Source: Mobula hypostoma (lineage: Eukaryota). From it: DNA of 64,000 nt. Shown here piece by piece: positions 28,361 through 39,394 of this stretch; positions within the stretch are counted from its first letter, which is position 1, and the number at the start of each line of letters is the position of its first letter. The translations under genes and the position numbers were made by a program. The stretch lies in assembly GCF_963921235.1 (NCBI RefSeq), contig NC_086109.1, positions 9,922,001-9,986,000 of the forward strand, written 5' to 3'. Under the pieces are notes generated by a model. That model made no database searches and was not told where the DNA came from. It was given only the letters and a program-made list of their open reading frames with translations.

Positions 28361-30519
28361 CCACATTATAGAGACCAGAGGGCATGCATCGAAGGTGAGA
28401 GGTGGTAAGTTCAGGGGGGATGAGAGGGGTAAGTTTTTGTACTCAGAGAGTTATGTATGCCTGGAATGCTCTGCCTAGTATAGAGACAAATACGTTCGAG
28501 GCTTTTGGATAGGCACATGGATGTTAGGAAGATGGAGGGATATGGAGATGGTGTAGGTAGGAGGGATTACTCTTCAGCTGTTTTTGATTTGCTTTTTATC
28601 TGGTTCGGCACAACACTGTGGACCGAATGACCTGTTTCTGTGCTTACTGTTCTATGTCCTATGTTTTACATAACACTTGAGTATTCTGAATCAATGGGTT
28701 TTATTACTAGTCCAATGCAGGGTTTCAACAACAATCATCGTCAATCACTTTTCCCCCACAGACAATGCTGGACCTGCTGAGTTCCTCACAAACAAGAGAA
28801 GATCTGCAGAGGTTGGAAATCCGAGCAACATGCACAAAATGCTGGAGGAACTCAGCAGGTCAGGTAGCATCTAGAAAAGGAGTACAGTCGATGTTTCAGC
28901 CTGAAATGTCGACTGTACTTTTTTTCCATAGATACTGTCCGGCCTGCTGAGTTCCTCCAGCATTTTGTGTGTGTTTCTGCTGAGTTCCTCGAGCAGGTTA
29001 TTTGTTGTTCCAGGTTCCAGCATCGGCAGTCTCTTGTATCTTTTACAACGCTCTGCAGAGTATAAACATTAAAAAATACAATTAGGCTAGAGATTTGCTA
29101 GTTCATTGAAACTGTCTGCAGAGATGAAGCTTTGTGTACAACACATTTCTCAGCTGTAGGGATGAAAAGAGTTATCGTAGGGCAGTCTCATCTGATCTTG
29201 GCTGGATATTGATCAGCAGAACCAGTTAATCACATGAAAAGCTTTCATTCCAAGACACCATGAGAAAGGTGTGCAAGTATTGTGGAGCACAAATCTTAGA
29301 TATATTCCATGTAAGATCAACACATTATATCCTCGATCTGTAGCATTCAATACTCTACCTAATTCAGACTCAGACCAGGTTTATTATCACTGACATATGT
29401 CATGAAAATTGCGGCAGCAGTACAGTTCAAAGTTCAGAGCGTGTATACATTATACAACCTTGAGATTCGTCTCCTTACAGGCAGCCATGAAATGAAGAAA
29501 CCCCCCAAAAAAACGTTTAAAAAAAGAGGACCATCAAACACCCAGGGAAAGTGCAGGGAAAAAAAATTTAAAAAGGCATCCATTAGTCTTGCGAGATCAT
29601 GAATCTGCACCTGGAAAGTCTTCACTCTCCAGGGCGCAGGACTGGGCAAGTTTGTATGGAAGACCAGCAGTTGCCCATGCTGCAAGTCTCCCCTCTCCAT
29701 GACATCGATGTTGTCCAAGGGAAGGGCATTAGGACCCATACAGCTTGGCACCAGTGTCGTCGCAGAGCAATGCGTAGTTAAGTGCCTTGCTCAAGGACCC
29801 AACATGTTCCCTCGGCTGGGGCTCGAACTCACAACCTTCAGGTAGCTAGTCCAATGCTTGACCAAGTGGTTAAAATAAACAAATCATGCAAACAATAAAA
29901 ATAAGCAAATAGCATTCAGACCTGAAGTTTATGAAAGAAAGTCCATCCACAGGCATGAAGCTGCAGCCTCAGTTCAGCCGAGTAAACGCTGTGGAGCAGT
30001 GAGCTGAACTGGCCTGGCCCGTCCCTTGCCGCCGGCCCTGACACCCTGAACTTTTCAGCCTGGCCTGGCGCTTAAGTGCAAGACGTACAAAAATTACTAG
30101 GTTACAATAAAAAATAAAATCAATAAATAGTGCAAATGAAGAATGGAGAGGTGGTGTTCATGGATTCATGGACCATTCATACATCTGATGGAGCAGGATA
30201 AGAAGGTGTTGCTCAGATGCTGGGTGTGCGTCTGGGGTACCTCCTCCCTGATGGTGGTAATGAGAAGAGGGGATGTCCTGTGTGATTAGGGTCCTTAATG
30301 AAAGATGTCGCCTTTTTGGGGCATTGCCTTTTGAAGTTGTCTTCACTGGTCCATGATGGAGTGTGAAGTAGGGGACAAACAGGATTAGTATAGAACAGCA
30401 TCATGTTCAGCACAGACAAGGTGAGCCAAAAGGCTGTATAGTTTGATGATTGTGCTGTAACATAGATCTCAAACCTTGCTGATTGAATTCCCATTACTTA
30501 CTGTATATTCATATTATTT

Positions 30520-30976
30520 ATTACTTCCAGTAACTTTTCCCCCACCTTCTCTCTATATTGATTCCCCATTCTGGCTCCCCTATTACCTCTTCTCTTATCT
30601 GCAGCTGCCCATTACCCTCCCTTTGGTGCCCCTCTTCCTTCCCTTTTTCCCATAGCCAATTGTTCTCTCAGATCAGATTCCTTCTTCAGTCCTTTACCTT
30701 TACCACCAATCCCCTCCCAGCTTCTTTCTTCATGCCCATCTCCCCCACCTATCACTCCTTCCCCCCTCACCTGGTCTCACCTTGTACTCCTCCCCCTCCC
30801 CTCCCCTCCCACGTTATTCTGGCTTCTACCCCCATCCTTTCCAGTTCTGATCAAGGGTCTCGGCCCAAAACATCTTCTGTTTATTCCCTTCCGTAGATGC
30901 TGCCTGACCTACTGAGTTCCTCCAGCATTTTGTGTGTGTTGCTCTGGATTTCCAGCATCTGAAGAATGTCTTGTAC
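30520..30976 (+). mobile_element. Penelope-like 3' fragment ending ~20 nt before the SLC26A9 acceptor
   Basis: Pyrimidine-rich region, degenerate hammerhead motif near 30842-30879, and the typical tail gatgctgcctgacc..gagttcctccagcattttgtgtg. Confidence 0.75.
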
Positions 30977-31017
30977 TTCTATTTTGATTCCTCTCCAGTG
31001 ATTAAGATATTGCCGTG

Positions 31018-31139
31018 ATGCATATCCGTCCGCGTTACATTGTTGATCGATCAGCTTATTCCATTCCTGAATTTGATGAGGAGTACCAGAAGAAAATCAG
31101 GAGTTACCCCCACTCACAAAAAGTACAGAAGTTCTTCAG
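31018..31139 (+). CDS. SLC26A9: SLC26A9 first coding exon (exon begins 30999 with 19 nt of 5'UTR)
   Basis: Translates MHIRPRYIVDRSAYSIPEFDEEYQKKIRSYPHSQKVQKFF, resembling the SLC26A9 N-terminus (MSQPRPRYVVDRAAYS...FDDEFEKKDRTYP). Acceptor ctctccag ends 30998; in-frame TAA at 31003-31005 upstream of the ATG; donor AG|gtaaac. Confidence 0.93.
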
Positions 31140-32147
31140 GTAAACCTAAATTAATCTCCTTTTTCTTCTGGTGACTATTTTGAAGTTTTGAATTATCTGG
31201 CACTGTTGCTGAGGACTCCTCCATTGCTTGGGTCTGAGGTCCAAGTGAGTGTGTGCATTCTGTATGCTGGTGTCTGTGAAAGCAAGGTACTTACCTGATT
31301 CAACAATCTGCTGGGTGGTCGTTGCCCTGGGCAGTATCCGACACCACATTCAGTAAAGGTTCGCTGGAGCAAGAACCAAACAGCTGGAAGAACTCAACAG
31401 GTCAGGCAGCATCTGTGCATGAAAGGTAAACACAAGAGATTACGCAGATTCTGGAAATCTTTTGCAACGCACGCAAAATGTTGGAGGAACTCAGCAAGTC
31501 AGGTTCCTTCAAATTCCTCTCCATAGCTGCTGCCAGACTTGCTCAGTTCTTCTGGCATTTTGTGTGTGCATAAGAGGAAACGTCGACGTTTTTGGTTGTC
31601 GACCCTGAATCAAGACTCCTACAGTGGAGAGAACAAAGGGATCCCAGTCATGGAGTTTCTCTCTTCAAAAAGACTGTCCAACTTGTTGAGTATTTCCAGC
31701 ACTTTCTACTTTTGTTTCAGATTTCCAGCATCTATTAATAGTTTTTCATAAAATTGCTAAAAGCAGACAAATATTTTTGATGAAAAGCAAATCTGGGTGG
31801 CACAGAGGTATAGCAGTTAATGTAACACTAATATAGCACTAGCTGTAAAATTGGGGTTCAATTCCTGCCATTGTCTGTAAAGAGATTGTATGTTCTCTCT
31901 GTAACCACATGGCTTTCTTCCACATGCTCTGGTTTCCTCCCCCAGTCCAAGGGCATACAGTGTACAGGTTAGAGTTGGTAAGCTGTGGGCATGCTATGTT
32001 TGTGCCAGAAGCATGGTAACACTTCTGGGCTGCCCCCAGTACGTCCTTGGACTGTGCTGGTCATCGACACAAAATGATGCATTTCACTCTATGTTTTGAT
32101 GGGTGTGAAGCAAATAAAGCTTATCTTTATCTCTTTCTTTCTTTCAG

Positions 32148-32287
32148 CTGTTCAACAACCCGTGTCAAGTCTATTATCCTTCAACTCTTCCCAATATTCT
32201 CATGGCTTCCAAAGTACAACTTCAAGAAGGCTTTCCTTTTCGATGTCATTGCTGGTATCAGTGGTGGGACTATTCAGGTACCTCAAG
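32148..32287 (+). CDS. SLC26A9: SLC26A9 coding exon 2 (140 nt)
   Basis: (S)CSTTRVKSIILQLFPIFSWLPKYNFKKAFLFDVIAGISGGTIQVPQ(G); ctttcag acceptor, G|gtatga donor; phase matches neighbouring exons. Confidence 0.96.
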
Positions 32288-32796
32288 GTATGAAGCATTT
32301 TTAACCAGGATAAACCCAGTAACCGTTCTAAACCAAGAACACCTTCTAAAGTAATGGCTTCAATTGTGAGAAAGTAAACTCGTAATGCTGAGCACAGTTC
32401 AACTCGTTTCTTCGTTCATGATGTAACGTGGATGTTGGTCATTCATGCATTATGTGCTGTGTCATATGACGTGGGTGACCATGCTCTTGACCATGATACT
32501 TCTTGGCATATTTTTCTACAAAATTGGTTTGCCATTACCACCTTCTGGGCAGCGTCTCAACATCGATGAAGCCCATTAGCGCAAGTTAACCAAGTATGTA
32601 GAATTAAGATCAGAGTGCAGAGACAGAGGGTGGAAGGTCTCATGCTATCCATTCGAAGTAGGCTGCCGTGGGTTTATTGCGTTCACTTTCCAGAAGTGGC
32701 TGCGTGACCTTGGCTTCACTAGAAGAGAGATCAAGTCAACCAGCAGGGCTGTAGCTGAGGCAGCAGAGAGAGGATCAGGGTGTGGACCAAGTATGT

Positions 32797-33207
32797 TACA
32801 CAAAATACTGCGCAGATGCTGAGGTCAAAGCAACACTCACAACACTTCCGGTAATTCCCTCCCCCTCCCTTCCCCTATCGCTATTTCACTCTGCCCCCTC
32901 CCCCCAGCTGCCTATCACCTCCCTCATGGTTTCGCCTCCTTCTACTACCCATTGTGTTTTCCCCTATTCCTTCTTCACCTTTCCTGCCTATCACTTCCCT
33001 GCCTCCCCTCCTCCACCCCTTTATCTTTCCCCTTACTGGTTTTTCACCTGGAACCCACCAGCCTTCTCCTTCACACTCTCCCCCCACCTTATTTATAGGG
33101 CCTCTGCCCCTTCCGTCTTCAGTCCTGATGAAGGGTTCCGGCCCGAAACGTTGACTGATCGTTTCCACGGATGCTGCCCGACCTGCTGAGTTCCTCCAGC
33201 GTGTTGT
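32797..33207 (+). mobile_element. Penelope-derived non-autonomous insertion with 12-bp TSD and inverted terminal tail
   Basis: Flanking direct repeat gaccaagtatgt at 32785-32796 and 33208-33219; contains a hammerhead motif. Confidence 0.8.
33120..33157 (+). ncRNA. Minimal (PLE-type, type I) hammerhead ribozyme motif
   Basis: Stem I cagtc/gactg; CUGAUGA core 33125-33131; stem II ggg/ccc; GAAA 33145-33148; palindromic ACGU stem III; GUU cleavage triplet ending 33152. Confidence 0.75.
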
Positions 33208-34339
33208 GACCAAGTATGTCCTGAGGGGCAGATAGTCGGACAGTGTATACATCTTTTGCAAACCCTTCAGTAGTTGCATAGACACTTGAAGAGTAGACTA
33301 TCTGTTGGATGGGAGCGACCAACAACTCTGATAGAGGCAGATGCCAAGTTTTTAAGCTCACCAGTGGGAGGTGGTGCTTTAGCACTGCTGGCCCACCACC
33401 TCAGGGGAGTCTTGATCATAAGCGGGCCGAAACTCCTGAAGACAGGTGGCAGATCAACTGATGATCCCACTGGTGATAGCACAGGACAGTTAACATCTTA
33501 GTCCATGTGTATTTTCAATTCTGAAGATGGATGAACCCAGCCATTATCAATACTCTTCAGAGATTGTCTGCCTGGCATCAATGGTCACATAACCAGGAAA
33601 TTATGATAAGCACCAGCTGCTCATACAACCATCCATTCATTACTTACCCCCATGGCTTCACGTAACCCTGATTAGAGGCCTTAGCAGGTGCTACACCTTG
33701 CTGAAGGGCGACCTGCAGGCTGTGGAGGGAAGGAGCATCTTACACCTTTTTTGGTAGAGTCGTATCTCCACCCTGCCACTCAAAAACTCTTTAAAATTGG
33801 TGATTGTTGTATATTCATCAGTTTTGCTTTTCACACAGTTCCCAGATTGATTGGGTGGTAAAGAAGGCATATGGCATGCCAGCCTTTATTAGTTGAGACA
33901 GCGGGTTCAAAAGTCATGAAATTCCATTACTTATTTACTGTCCAATGTGCCGCTGGCAATTAGAGCAGCAATGAAGGTCCTCCATCTCTGATGGTGCTCA
34001 GGGCTTCCTTCATCATCTCAGTAGCTTCCACTTGGTTTTCACTACTGACAGTCATGCAAGATCCAGGTGAAGACTCAGGAATACCGTCATACTCAGATGT
34101 AGAAGAATTCTTCTTTGCTGCTTCCATAACATTTTTGTTTGACCAGTCAGTGTTATTAGTGTTGAGCTAAAGCCCTGAACCAGGAGGACCAGTGGACCAC
34201 TTTTAATCTGACCTCCACCCTTTTGACCTGTTTGGCATGGGTGACCCTGCCACGAGCCAAAGCATGAAACCCTGATTCCAACCAACATAGCTTTCCGGGT
34301 CATTGAGGCATGCAAACCTCCAAACCACAGCAAGGTTGT

Positions 34340-35245
34340 GGTCCTCTTGGACGATGAAGTTATATTACAGCTTTATAAAACACTGGTTAGGCTGCATCTG
34401 GAGTTTTGCATTTAGTTCTGCTCACCCCATTATAGGAAGGATGGGGCGGCTTTGAGAGTGCAGAGGGCAGAGAGGAAGACCATCAGAGCTTGAAGGACGA
34501 TGTGGAACAGCTGGACAAATGGGCAGAAAAATGGTAGATGGAATGGAATGCAGACAAGTGCGAGGTGTTCAACTTGAGTCTTATACAGTAAAAGGTAGGG
34601 CACTGAGGACTGTGGTAGAACAACGAGATCTGGGAATACAGGTCCATAACTCATTGAAAGTGGTGGCACAGGTAGATAAGGTTGCAAAGAAAACTTTTGG
34701 CATGTTGGCCTTCATATATCAAAGTATTGTGTATAGGACCTGTGGTGTTATGTTGAAGTTGCATAAGACATTGGTGATGCCTAATTTGGAGTATTGTGTG
34801 CAGTTTTGGTCACCTATCTAAAAAAAGATGTAGATAAGGTTGAAAGAGTACAAGGAAAATTTACAAGGATGTTGCCGCATCTGGAGGACCCAAGTTATAT
34901 GGAAAGATTGAGGGGTATAGATAGGGTAAATGCAAGTAGGCTCCTAGCACTGAGGTTGGGTGGGACTACAACTAGAGGTCATGGATTAAGGATGAACCGT
35001 GAAATGTTTTAGCGGAATATGAGGGCAAACATTTTCACTCAGAGGGTCATGAGAGTGAGCAATGAGTTGCCAGTGCAAGTGGTGCATGTGAGCTCGATTT
35101 TAACACTTACGATAAGGTTGGATAGGTACATGGATAGTAGGGGTATGGAGACCTATGGTCCGCTTAGAGGTCAATGGGATTAGGCAGTTTAAGTAGTTTG
35201 GAGGGCCTGTTTCTGTGTTGTACTTTTCTAGGACTCTATGACTTT
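34340..35245 (+). mobile_element. CR1-clade LINE fragments
   Basis: EQRDLGIQVHNSLKV...PNLEYCVQFWSP. Confidence 0.82.
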
Positions 35246-37399
35246 AAGACATTTGCCAGGATGCTGCTTGCTTGAGAGGAGATGTGCTTGAGAGAGGAGT
35301 GTTTGGACAAATTTACGTTGTTTTATCTGGAGCAGTGGAGTTTAACCTAATTAAAGTTTATCAAATTACGAGAAACACGGATAGGGCAGACAGTTATTAA
35401 CTTCTCCCCATCTCTGCTCCGAGGAGACCTCCTTCAATTCTGAGGCTGTGCCCTCTGGTCCTAGATTCCACCACCATTGGAAACATCCTCTGCAAGACCA
35501 CTCTATCTAGGCATTTTAATAGTTGATAGGTGCATCATGTAAAGAATAGAGAAATATAGAACTTGTGAAGGCAGAAGGCATTAGTTTAGCTAGGGCTAAT
35601 CTAGGTTCAACACTAATTAAACTAGTAATTAGTGCCAAACTAAGTAAATTAATGTTCCATTCCTTCTAATGAAGGTGCTCCTACCATGCTGTTGATGGAA
35701 GGAATCAAATGACAGGGTTAAGTCCCAGTAATGATAAAGTACAGCGACTTACAGTTATATACAGAAAGGTGCTGGGAAAAAGCCAGCAAAATCATGGAGG
35801 ATCCCTCTCACCCTGTTCATGGACTGCTTGTCCCACTTCCTCCAGGGAAGGGGCTACGCCGCATCTATACCAGGACCACCAGACTCAACAACAGTTACTT
35901 CCCCCAAGCTGCCAGGCTGATCAATGCCTCCACTCATCAACTCATCCACCACAGGGATAATAGGTGGAGGTGTTGATCAGCCTGACAGCTGGGGGAAAGT
36001 AACTGTTTTAAGTCTGGTGGTCCTGGCATGGGTGTAGCATAGCCTCAGAGAGAGGGTAACCTTATGTACAGATACTCCTGTACCTAGCGTTACCTAACAT
36101 ACATACAATAACTCTATGTATATATGCTAGTCTTATGTATTTATATTTATTATATTTTTATTGAGTTCTTTATGTTTACTGTGTTTTTTGTTATGGTGCA
36201 TCGGATCTGGAGAAAGAATAATTGTGTTCTCCTTTACATTGGTGTGCTGATGAATAGACAATAAGCTGTCTTGAATCTTCAATTCATTTACAAATCAGGA
36301 TGGTGAGCAAACTGGACAGAAGCCAAATGTTCCCTTGTCCTACCAGGTGGTGGATTTGGGAAGTGCAGGTGAAGGAGCCTTGATATTTTGTGGCAGTTCA
36401 CCTTATATCCACTACTAATGATGGGAACATTATCTCACCAACTCACTCAAATTCATCTTCAGGTGACAGACGATTACCACTTGTGTAATTTATCTCCAGA
36501 ATTTTATGGAAAATTTACAAATTATATCAGAGGGTTGAAAGGAATTTGTCCTCTATCATACAAGTTAAATAAATGATTATATTGGTGTGTTGGAGGACAG
36601 ATCTTCAACCATCAGGCTCCTGAATCAGTATGGATAACTTCACTCATTTCAGCCCTGAACTGTTTCCTCAACCTATGGCTCACATTCAATGGCTCTACAA
36701 CTCATGTTCTCAATACTGTATTAGTTATTCACTTATTTTCTTTTTTTTTTGTATTTGTACAGTTTTGCACATTGGTTGTTTGTCAGTCATTGTTCGTTCG
36801 CAGTTTTTGATTGATTCTATTTTTTTTTTGATCTGCAGTGAATGCCTATAAGAAATTTCCCCATGATTAGGTCAGGAATAAATCAAGGCTTGCTGGGCGG
36901 TGTGGCTCGAAGGGCTGAAAGGGCCTATTCTGCACTGTATCTCAATAAATAAATAAACAAACAAACAAACATGTACATAGAACGATGTTAACTTATACAA
37001 ACTTTGATAATACTTTGAACTTTGCTTCCAAAATTTGGTTGCATACAAGCCAACGCCTTTTGGAAGCAAAATACCGCATTATATATATTACTAAATCACC
37101 CAATTATCGCAATCCTAGGTTTTTTATTGTTATTAATTATAGAAAAGTACATATAGTGGAGGCAAGCTTATTAGAAGTAACTAAAGTGGAGGCATATAAG
37201 ATAAGTGGATGGAGGGATCTGGAGGATCTGACACGGAGCAGGGTCAGGGAATGAAGGTTGAGGTAGATCATCCATAATCATAGAAAGAAAGGAGATACAG
37301 TCATATAGCATGGAAACACTCCAATTGGTCCAACTGGCCCATGCCAACCAAGATTTGCTGGTAACAATTTGCTGGTAATTGACCCATATTCCTCTAAAT

Positions 37400-37478
37400 C
37401 AGGGGTTCCCAACCTGCAGTCCACAGACCCCTCAGATAATGGTAGGGGTCCATGGTATAAAAAACATTGGGACCACTG
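37400..37478. mobile_element. 79-bp hAT-type MITE inserted in a CR1 tail
   Basis: Termini caggggttcccaa / ttgggaccactg; 8-bp TSD ctctaaat (37392-37399) / ctctaaac (37479-37486). Confidence 0.8.
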
Positions 37479-37969
37479 CTCTAAACCTTTCCTATTCATG
37501 TATCTGGCCAACCGTTTTTTATGAGCTGTTGTTGTATCGGTCACAACAATGTCTGCTGGCACTTCATTCCATCTGCCCACCATCCTCTGCATGAACTCAG
37601 GCCTCTTCTATATCTTTACCTCTTATTAATCTTAAGATTACTTAAATCTTATGCCCTTTGGTTTTTGTTTCCCCAACCCTGGGAAAAAGACTGTGTATTT
37701 ACTCTATATGTGCCCCTCATGACGTTACACACCTGTAGAAGGTCATCTCCTCAGTCTTTTACACTCCAAGGAATAGCCTGCCCAACCTCTCTCTGTAGCA
37801 CAGACACTCGAATGCTAACAAGATTCTCATCAATCTTCTGTGTAATCTTTCCAGCTAAGTCAGCAGTCCCCAACCACCGGGCCACAAAGCATGTGCTACC
37901 GGGCTGTGAGGAAATGATATGAGTCAGCTGCACCTTTCCTCATTCCCTGTCACGCCCACTGTTGAACTT

Positions 37970-38857
37970 AGTCCTACTCTATTGATCCCGAGGGAAATTG
38001 GTTTTTGTTACAGTTGCACCATAATTAATTAAATAGTAATAAAACCATAAATAATTAAATAGTAATATGTAAATTATGCCAGGAAATAAATCCAGGACCA
38101 GCCTATTGGCTCAGGGTGTCTGACCCTCCAAGGGAGGAGTTGTAAAGTTTGATGGCCACAGGCAGGAATGACTTCCTATGATGCTCAGTGTTGTATCTCG
38201 GTGGAATGAGTCTCTGGCTGAATGTACTCCTGTGCCCAACCAGTCCATTATGTAGTGGATGGGAGACATTGTCCAAGATGGCATGCAACTTGGACAGCAT
38301 CCTCTTTTCAGACACCACCATCAGAGAGTCCAGTTCCATCCCCACAACATTACTGGCCTTATGAATGAGTTTGTTGATTCTGTTGGTGTCTGCTACCCTC
38401 AGCCTGCTGCCCCAGCACACAACAGCAAACATGATCGCATTGGCCACCACAGACTCGTAGAACATCCTCAGCATCGTCCGACCGATGTTAAAGTACCTCA
38501 GTCTCCTCAGGAAATAGAGACGGCTCTGACCCTTCTTGTAGACAGCCTCAGTATTCTTTGACCAGTCCAATTTATTGTCACTACGTATCCCCAAGTATTT
38601 GTAATCCTCCACCATGTCCACACTGACCCCCTGGATGGAAACAGGGGTCATCGGTGCCTTAGCCCTCCTCAGGTCTACCACCAGCAACTTAGTCTTTTTC
38701 ACATTAAGCTGCAGATAATTCTGCTCACACCATGTGACAAGGTTTCCAACCATAGCCCTGTACTCAGCCTCATCTCCCTTGCTGATGCATCCAACTATGG
38801 CAGAGTCATCCGAAAACTTCTGAAGATGACAAGACTCTGTGCAGTAGTTGAAGTCAG
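37970..38857 (-). mobile_element. Rex1/Babar-clade LINE, 5'-truncated, RT C-terminal ORF still open
   Basis: ORF 38103-38882: LQKFSDDSAIVGCI...LNVKKTK...YKYLG..DNKLDWSKNT...KKGQSRLYFLRRLR. Confidence 0.88.
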
Positions 38858-38861
38858 AACA

Positions 38862-39394
38862 TAGGGTTGCCAACTGTCCCATATTTGCCGGGACATCCCG
38901 TATATTGGGCTAAATTGGTTTATCCCATATGGGACCACTCTTGTCCCATATTTCCCCCGCTAAGGTAGAGCGTTCCTATGAAACCTTTCGTGTGGAAATG
39001 GCGTGAAGTGAAGAAGCAATTACCATTAATTTATATGGGAAAAATCTTTGAGCGTTCCCAGAACGAAAAAATAACCTAACAAATCATACCATATAACACA
39101 TAAAAATGAAAATAAATAACACTAACATTTAGTAAAAGCAGGAATGATATGATAGGCACACAGCCTATATAAAGTAGAAATAATGTATGTACAGTATAGT
39201 CGGGAAGATGAAGGCAAAACCGATTTGTGGACAAAAAATTGGCACGTACGCACATGTGCACATCACATGCGCACGTGCACACAGGTGCCCGCGCAAGGCC
39301 TCATGGTCATGGTAGTCTTTCCTGGGGTAAAGTGTCCCGGGATGTGACTGCTACTTTTGTCCCTTATTTGGAAGTGAGAAAGTTGGCAACCCTA
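38862..39394. mobile_element. TIR element (hAT-like TAGGGTTGCCAAC ends) nested in the outer hAT element
   Basis: Perfect 13-bp TIR tagggttgccaac (38862-38874) / gttggcaacccta (39382-39394); no matching TSD. Confidence 0.7.

Noticed and set aside
192..30900. Additional host coding exons upstream of SLC26A9
   Set aside because: ORF-track peptides here are TE-derived, antisense to TEs or low-complexity; no recognisable host protein, although very short exons could be missed.
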